A stretch of DNA of 52,418 nt from a virus (taxonomy: Duplodnaviria; Caudoviricetes), in the IMG/VR virus record IMGVR_UViG_3300023179_000148, positions 1 to 52,418 of that record; one strand, written 5' to 3'. Both the position numbers and the translations under genes were made by a program. The stretch's first letter is position 1; every line of letters starts with the position of its first letter. The notes under the pieces are model-generated. The model had not been told where the DNA came from. It did no database searches and worked only from the letters and a program-made list of their open reading frames with translations. This document shows positions 50,001 through 52,418 of this stretch, piece after piece.

Positions 50001-51720
50001 ATATAGGATTAGGAACTAAATCTTTAGTTGGCTTATATTTTTCTATTGAAGATGGATCAACTCTTGGTTGATACCAAATAGCGTTAGGGTATAAAGTCTC
50101 ACCATTTACTACAATCTTTTTCTCTAAGAATTTTCTTAAACTTGGATCGTTATAAGCATTAGGAGTTTTTCCTTCTTCAGTAACAACAGGTGCTGTAGAA
50201 GAAGATGCTTTAACTCTTTGATCAGTACTCCAAGCTGGAAGATCATTTAATATTGTTTTTATTTGAGAAGTATTTAGTTGAGGAAGTTTTCCAGGAAGAG
50301 TAGCGTTGGGTGAATCAATAGGAACTCTAGGTTCTCCTAAAATCCCTGTAGTAATTTGCTTAGTAGATCTTAAAGATTTTTCTTGTGGAAGCGGTTTAAA
50401 AGTGTCTGCAGATTCTGTAGTATTAGCAGGAACATCAACATAATTTCCATTATCTAACTTAACCTTAACGCTTTGAGTAGCAGGATTAATAGACTCGATA
50501 GTGCCTGAATACTCTGATTTTTTACCAATAATAACTCGTCCACCAGACTTAGCAAACTTACCTACAGCATCTCTCACCTGAGAACGTGCTTTTTCAGATC
50601 GTTCTTCTGGAGTATAGTTGCCATCTTGATTAGTTATAGGATTTTCTGCTGTTGGAGCAGTGGCTGCGGTTATAGAAGAATCTGAAAACTCTTCATATTC
50701 GTCGTACATATTTTCATCATATGAAATTTCATTAATTAAATTCCAATCAATTTTATCCATTTCATCTGCAAATATTTCAGACTCTTCTTGATTAATTTGA
50801 GATATAGAAATTGGTTTCATAGGATTAAAATCTAATTTTCCTGAAATGATAACTGCAGTTTCTGTGTCTACGGGAACATGTATTTTTTTAACCATGTCAT
50901 AGGGATCATCAAGGCTTTTATCGTAAGTGTGAAAATCATAGTTAATATTTCCAAGATCTTCCCACATTGCATCATCCCAAGCAAAGACTGATCCATCTGT
51001 ATTTACTTTATATAAACGATCAATACCAGTACCATCTAAACGAATACGAATAAAGAATTGAGGAGCTATATCTTCTGGCAACATATCTGACTCTATAAAA
51101 GAGTTAAGTTCTACTTTTTCTGGAGACTCATAATCGCTCATAACAAATTTATATGAAGCAGTGATTGAATTTGCCTGAGCCTTTTTATTTTCACGAGCGA
51201 CTATTGCACTAGCCCAACGCTCTCCTGCATCTCCACCCCAAAGCGCCCAAGCAATACGTCCGTTTGAAGGATAGCCAGGTTCTGAAGGCTCGTAGCCTTT
51301 TCCTTTTTTATCTACTTGATGACGTGGAAAGTATTTAGCAATGTGACGAACTTTTCTAATACCAATTTGACCACCACGGGCAAGAGTTCTAGCAGTATTT
51401 AAACCCACAGGTGTGCCTCCGCGATTATGCTTTTTACGCCACTCTAAAGCACGTTTTGCCTCTGCTTGAACTGATTTTGGAATTGTATATAAACGGTCAT
51501 TATTTGAAAAAATTTTTATATCTAAATCTGATATTGCAGCGTTTGCTAACTCGTAAGTAACAGAAGACGGATTTTTTTGATCACCATCAGAAGTGAAAGA
51601 AGCAATAAGCGCATCTGCATAGTCAATACAAGAAACTAAATTTTTTTTCTCGTCGACTATTACAGCCTTGTTTTCAAGCACAAATAAGGCGTTATTTCCA
51701 CTGCGACCTACAAATTCCAA
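47023..51720 (-). CDS. Multidomain prohead (capsid maturation) protease, 1565 aa
   Basis: Immediately upstream of the capsid gene. HK97-type protease core (SGDGR, PLP, GH, GVS.D.D, TLVPKPAF), DUF6582-like ALPDGSFPI domain, two RDxxGKF motifs. GGAG SD with TTG start. Confidence 0.8.
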   Translation of the reverse strand: MEFVGRSGNNALFVLENKAVIVDEKKNLVSCIDYADALIASFTSDGDQKNPSSVTYELANAAISDLDIKIFSNNDRLYTIPKSVQAEAKRALEWRKKHNRGGTPVGLNTARTLARGGQIGIRKVRHIAKYFPRHQVDKKGKGYEPSEPGYPSNGRIAWALWGGDAGERWASAIVARENKKAQANSITASYKFVMSDYESPEKVELNSFIESDMLPEDIAPQFFIRIRLDGTGIDRLYKVNTDGSVFAWDDAMWEDLGNINYDFHTYDKSLDDPYDMVKKIHVPVDTETAVIISGKLDFNPMKPISISQINQEESEIFADEMDKIDWNLINEISYDENMYDEYEEFSDSSITAATAPTAENPITNQDGNYTPEERSEKARSQVRDAVGKFAKSGGRVIIGKKSEYSGTIESINPATQSVKVKLDNGNYVDVPANTTESADTFKPLPQEKSLRSTKQITTGILGEPRVPIDSPNATLPGKLPQLNTSQIKTILNDLPAWSTDQRVKASSSTAPVVTEEGKTPNAYNDPSLRKFLEKKIVVNGETLYPNAIWYQPRVDPSSIEKYKPTKDLVPNPISKLTQSYKPVKGLTSAASAELTPDTSDVPPIYMAIVSPDDPQAVMELVSLIPVSKDSVTTSTWKRKPGMWEKDNSILSDLKSPTPPPVVVLDNDNLKIVLDQIDSAAKTASAYNIDSIISSLISAGGIDRNRGNAEKLRRYWLYGKGAAKIRWRTAGDWTRCVRQLSKYMGPRAKGYCALRHKEATGMWTGDKEHRQLYGKKGIRADAFSTDFILPSEAILEATYLKTRAADARNRVVLAGAETEEIRGAEFFIPLVIPEDIESGDGRKFEKGAITMRELPLPFLWQIKTGEGHSGSVVIGTILEMERVDQGIGNARGYFDTGEYGKEAERLVRGGFIRGVSADMDMFEADEEKENAENESNKKVGAGKMNITKARVMAVTLVPKPAFQECRVELVDQSGEIQEEEVISDGVYVEGLNPLDASALVACGIVAGSIPVTPPKEWFVDPKLKKPTALTVTDEGQVYGHIAAWHVDHIGMSYGTRPPRSKSNYAYFHTGAVRTEDGTDIPVGQLTLAGGHASLEASASEAVRHYDDTASAVADVHAGEDAYGIWVSGALRPGTTPEQIRALRASAPSGDWRPIKGALELVAICQVNVPGFPIARARVASGQVMALVAAGASVLAQLKNDPIAELHTRIDKLEAPLIAASNNVKDRIKTITAAIKASELSNRVNKMKEESSSYMLQNINDSDSELAVITRKKRMELAKDKKALPDGSFPIRNVSDLKNAVQAYGRAKPGKRGLVRRHIVKMARQLDRKDLIPENWKEASINDIDSVAASLRARISIIESVVAAGGLDRNQENADLTDEETDILKKEVKSKQDAEDSRVKYTPKTQPRDATGKFRQVLARLKLDLGDAGSDAALEKIEEVNNLDNAGDYAEAAKAAGDLLDIVDRLDTGALNAEAIGNVRNSAGELGKVIANLPFAFGEDAQKIRFSDVPPALQDLMEKMITRVENKIGQKDADIATQGIKNFMSGQDVYSQSEISKEMSKLLRLLT

Positions 51721-51737
51721 CTTAAACTCCGTCTCTT

Positions 51738-52022
51738 TTACTTTGCTAACTCGTACTCTTTTAGTTCGTTCATTCCAATAGCCTCGCTAAAACCTTCGGC
51801 TTCGTCATATACGGCTATAAAGGCGGGGTCAACATATATGACCATTAAACCATCAAAATCAAATAGGTCATCCTCGTCAGATAGCTCTATCCAGTCTCCA
51901 TTGCGTCTGTAAAAAGTGCCTTCATCTGACTCATAAATTATTACTGTTACTTCATCAAATTCTGTATCAATTAATGCATACAAATCTTCAATGTTTTCTG
52001 GTTTATCTGGTGTGAAAGCCAT
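51738..52022 (-). CDS. Hypothetical acidic protein
   Basis: AAGGAG SD; 94 aa, very Asp/Glu-rich. Confidence 0.65.
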   Translation of the reverse strand: MAFTPDKPENIEDLYALIDTEFDEVTVIIYESDEGTFYRRNGDWIELSDEDDLFDFDGLMVIYVDPAFIAVYDEAEGFSEAIGMNELKEYELAK

Positions 52023-52024
52023 AA

Positions 52025-52417
52025 CTACTCCTTTTCCTTAGAGTCATCAATTGGACCACCTGTAACCCAAGCGTTACAAGTCCTGGAAGCGGCACATTTA
52101 AAATCAAATGCTTCGCAGTAACCAAGTTCAGCAGCATCTATAGCATCCCAAGCGTTGTTCTCACTTGATCCACCTTGCTCAATGCCTTGAGCAATACAGT
52201 CTTTCATTTTAGTAGTTGTAATAAACATTACGCAGTTTCCACAAAGTGATTTCTTTGCTTCATCTGGTGTAATAGACCAGCGTGTTGCTTTTTCTTGCCA
52301 GAATTCTTCATTTGGTTCTGCTGGATTTAACGGACCATAGCCAGCATCTTTAATTGCCTTTTCACGATTAGCAAGATTAATTGAGATGTCTTGTGTTGCA
52401 GGAGGACAAACATCTGA
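52025..52417 (-). CDS. Cys-rich domain protein, 5'-truncated by the window edge
   Basis: The frame is open from the window end: SDVCPPATQDISINLANREKAI...YGPLNP...CGNCVMF...GYCEAFDFKCAASRTCNAW. Confidence 0.72.
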   Translation of the reverse strand, partial: SDVCPPATQDISINLANREKAIKDAGYGPLNPAEPNEEFWQEKATRWSITPDEAKKSLCGNCVMFITTTKMKDCIAQGIEQGGSSENNAWDAIDAAELGYCEAFDFKCAASRTCNAWVTGGPIDDSKEKE

Positions 52418-52418
52418 T

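Noticed and set aside
52025-52228. 67-aa ORF as a complete gene
   Set aside because: The reading frame stays open to the window edge, so the Met at 52228 is internal.

Overview
This window is a fragment of an AT-rich tailed dsDNA phage genome with a siphovirus-type tail. Two WhiB genes, actinophage-style head and tail genes and apparent leaderless promoters point to an actinobacterial host, plausibly a low-GC freshwater lineage. There are two convergent arms. The + arm (1-15098) holds Gly-X-Thr collagen-like fibre genes, three fibre-tip/small-partner gene pairs, two Kelch-like beta-propeller genes and two glycosyltransferases. The - arm (52418-15091) runs in this order: a 1565-aa multidomain prohead protease, major capsid, major tail, head-tail proteins, tail chaperones, tape measure, tail-tip proteins, a replication/recombination block (PolA, RuvC-like, SNF2 helicase, PD-(D/E)XK nuclease, AAA ATPase, DUF669 SSB), two WhiB regulators, an exported protein, a GT2 and an NDP-sugar epimerase. 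No terminase, portal, lysin, integrase, tRNA or CRISPR array was recognised. The best candidates for undescribed biology are: (1) a collagen-fibre glycosylation kit that includes a stand-alone homologue of the animal COLGALT/PLOD GT-A domain; (2) a head polyprotein with twin protease folds and recurrent [ILV]-x-A-[AS] linker motifs resembling herpesvirus assemblin cut sites; (3) a modular stalk-adaptor-tip fibre system; (4) several structured RNA elements, including a leader that can occlude the capsid Shine-Dalgarno and an H-type pseudoknot. All family assignments come from motif recognition by eye; no searches were run.
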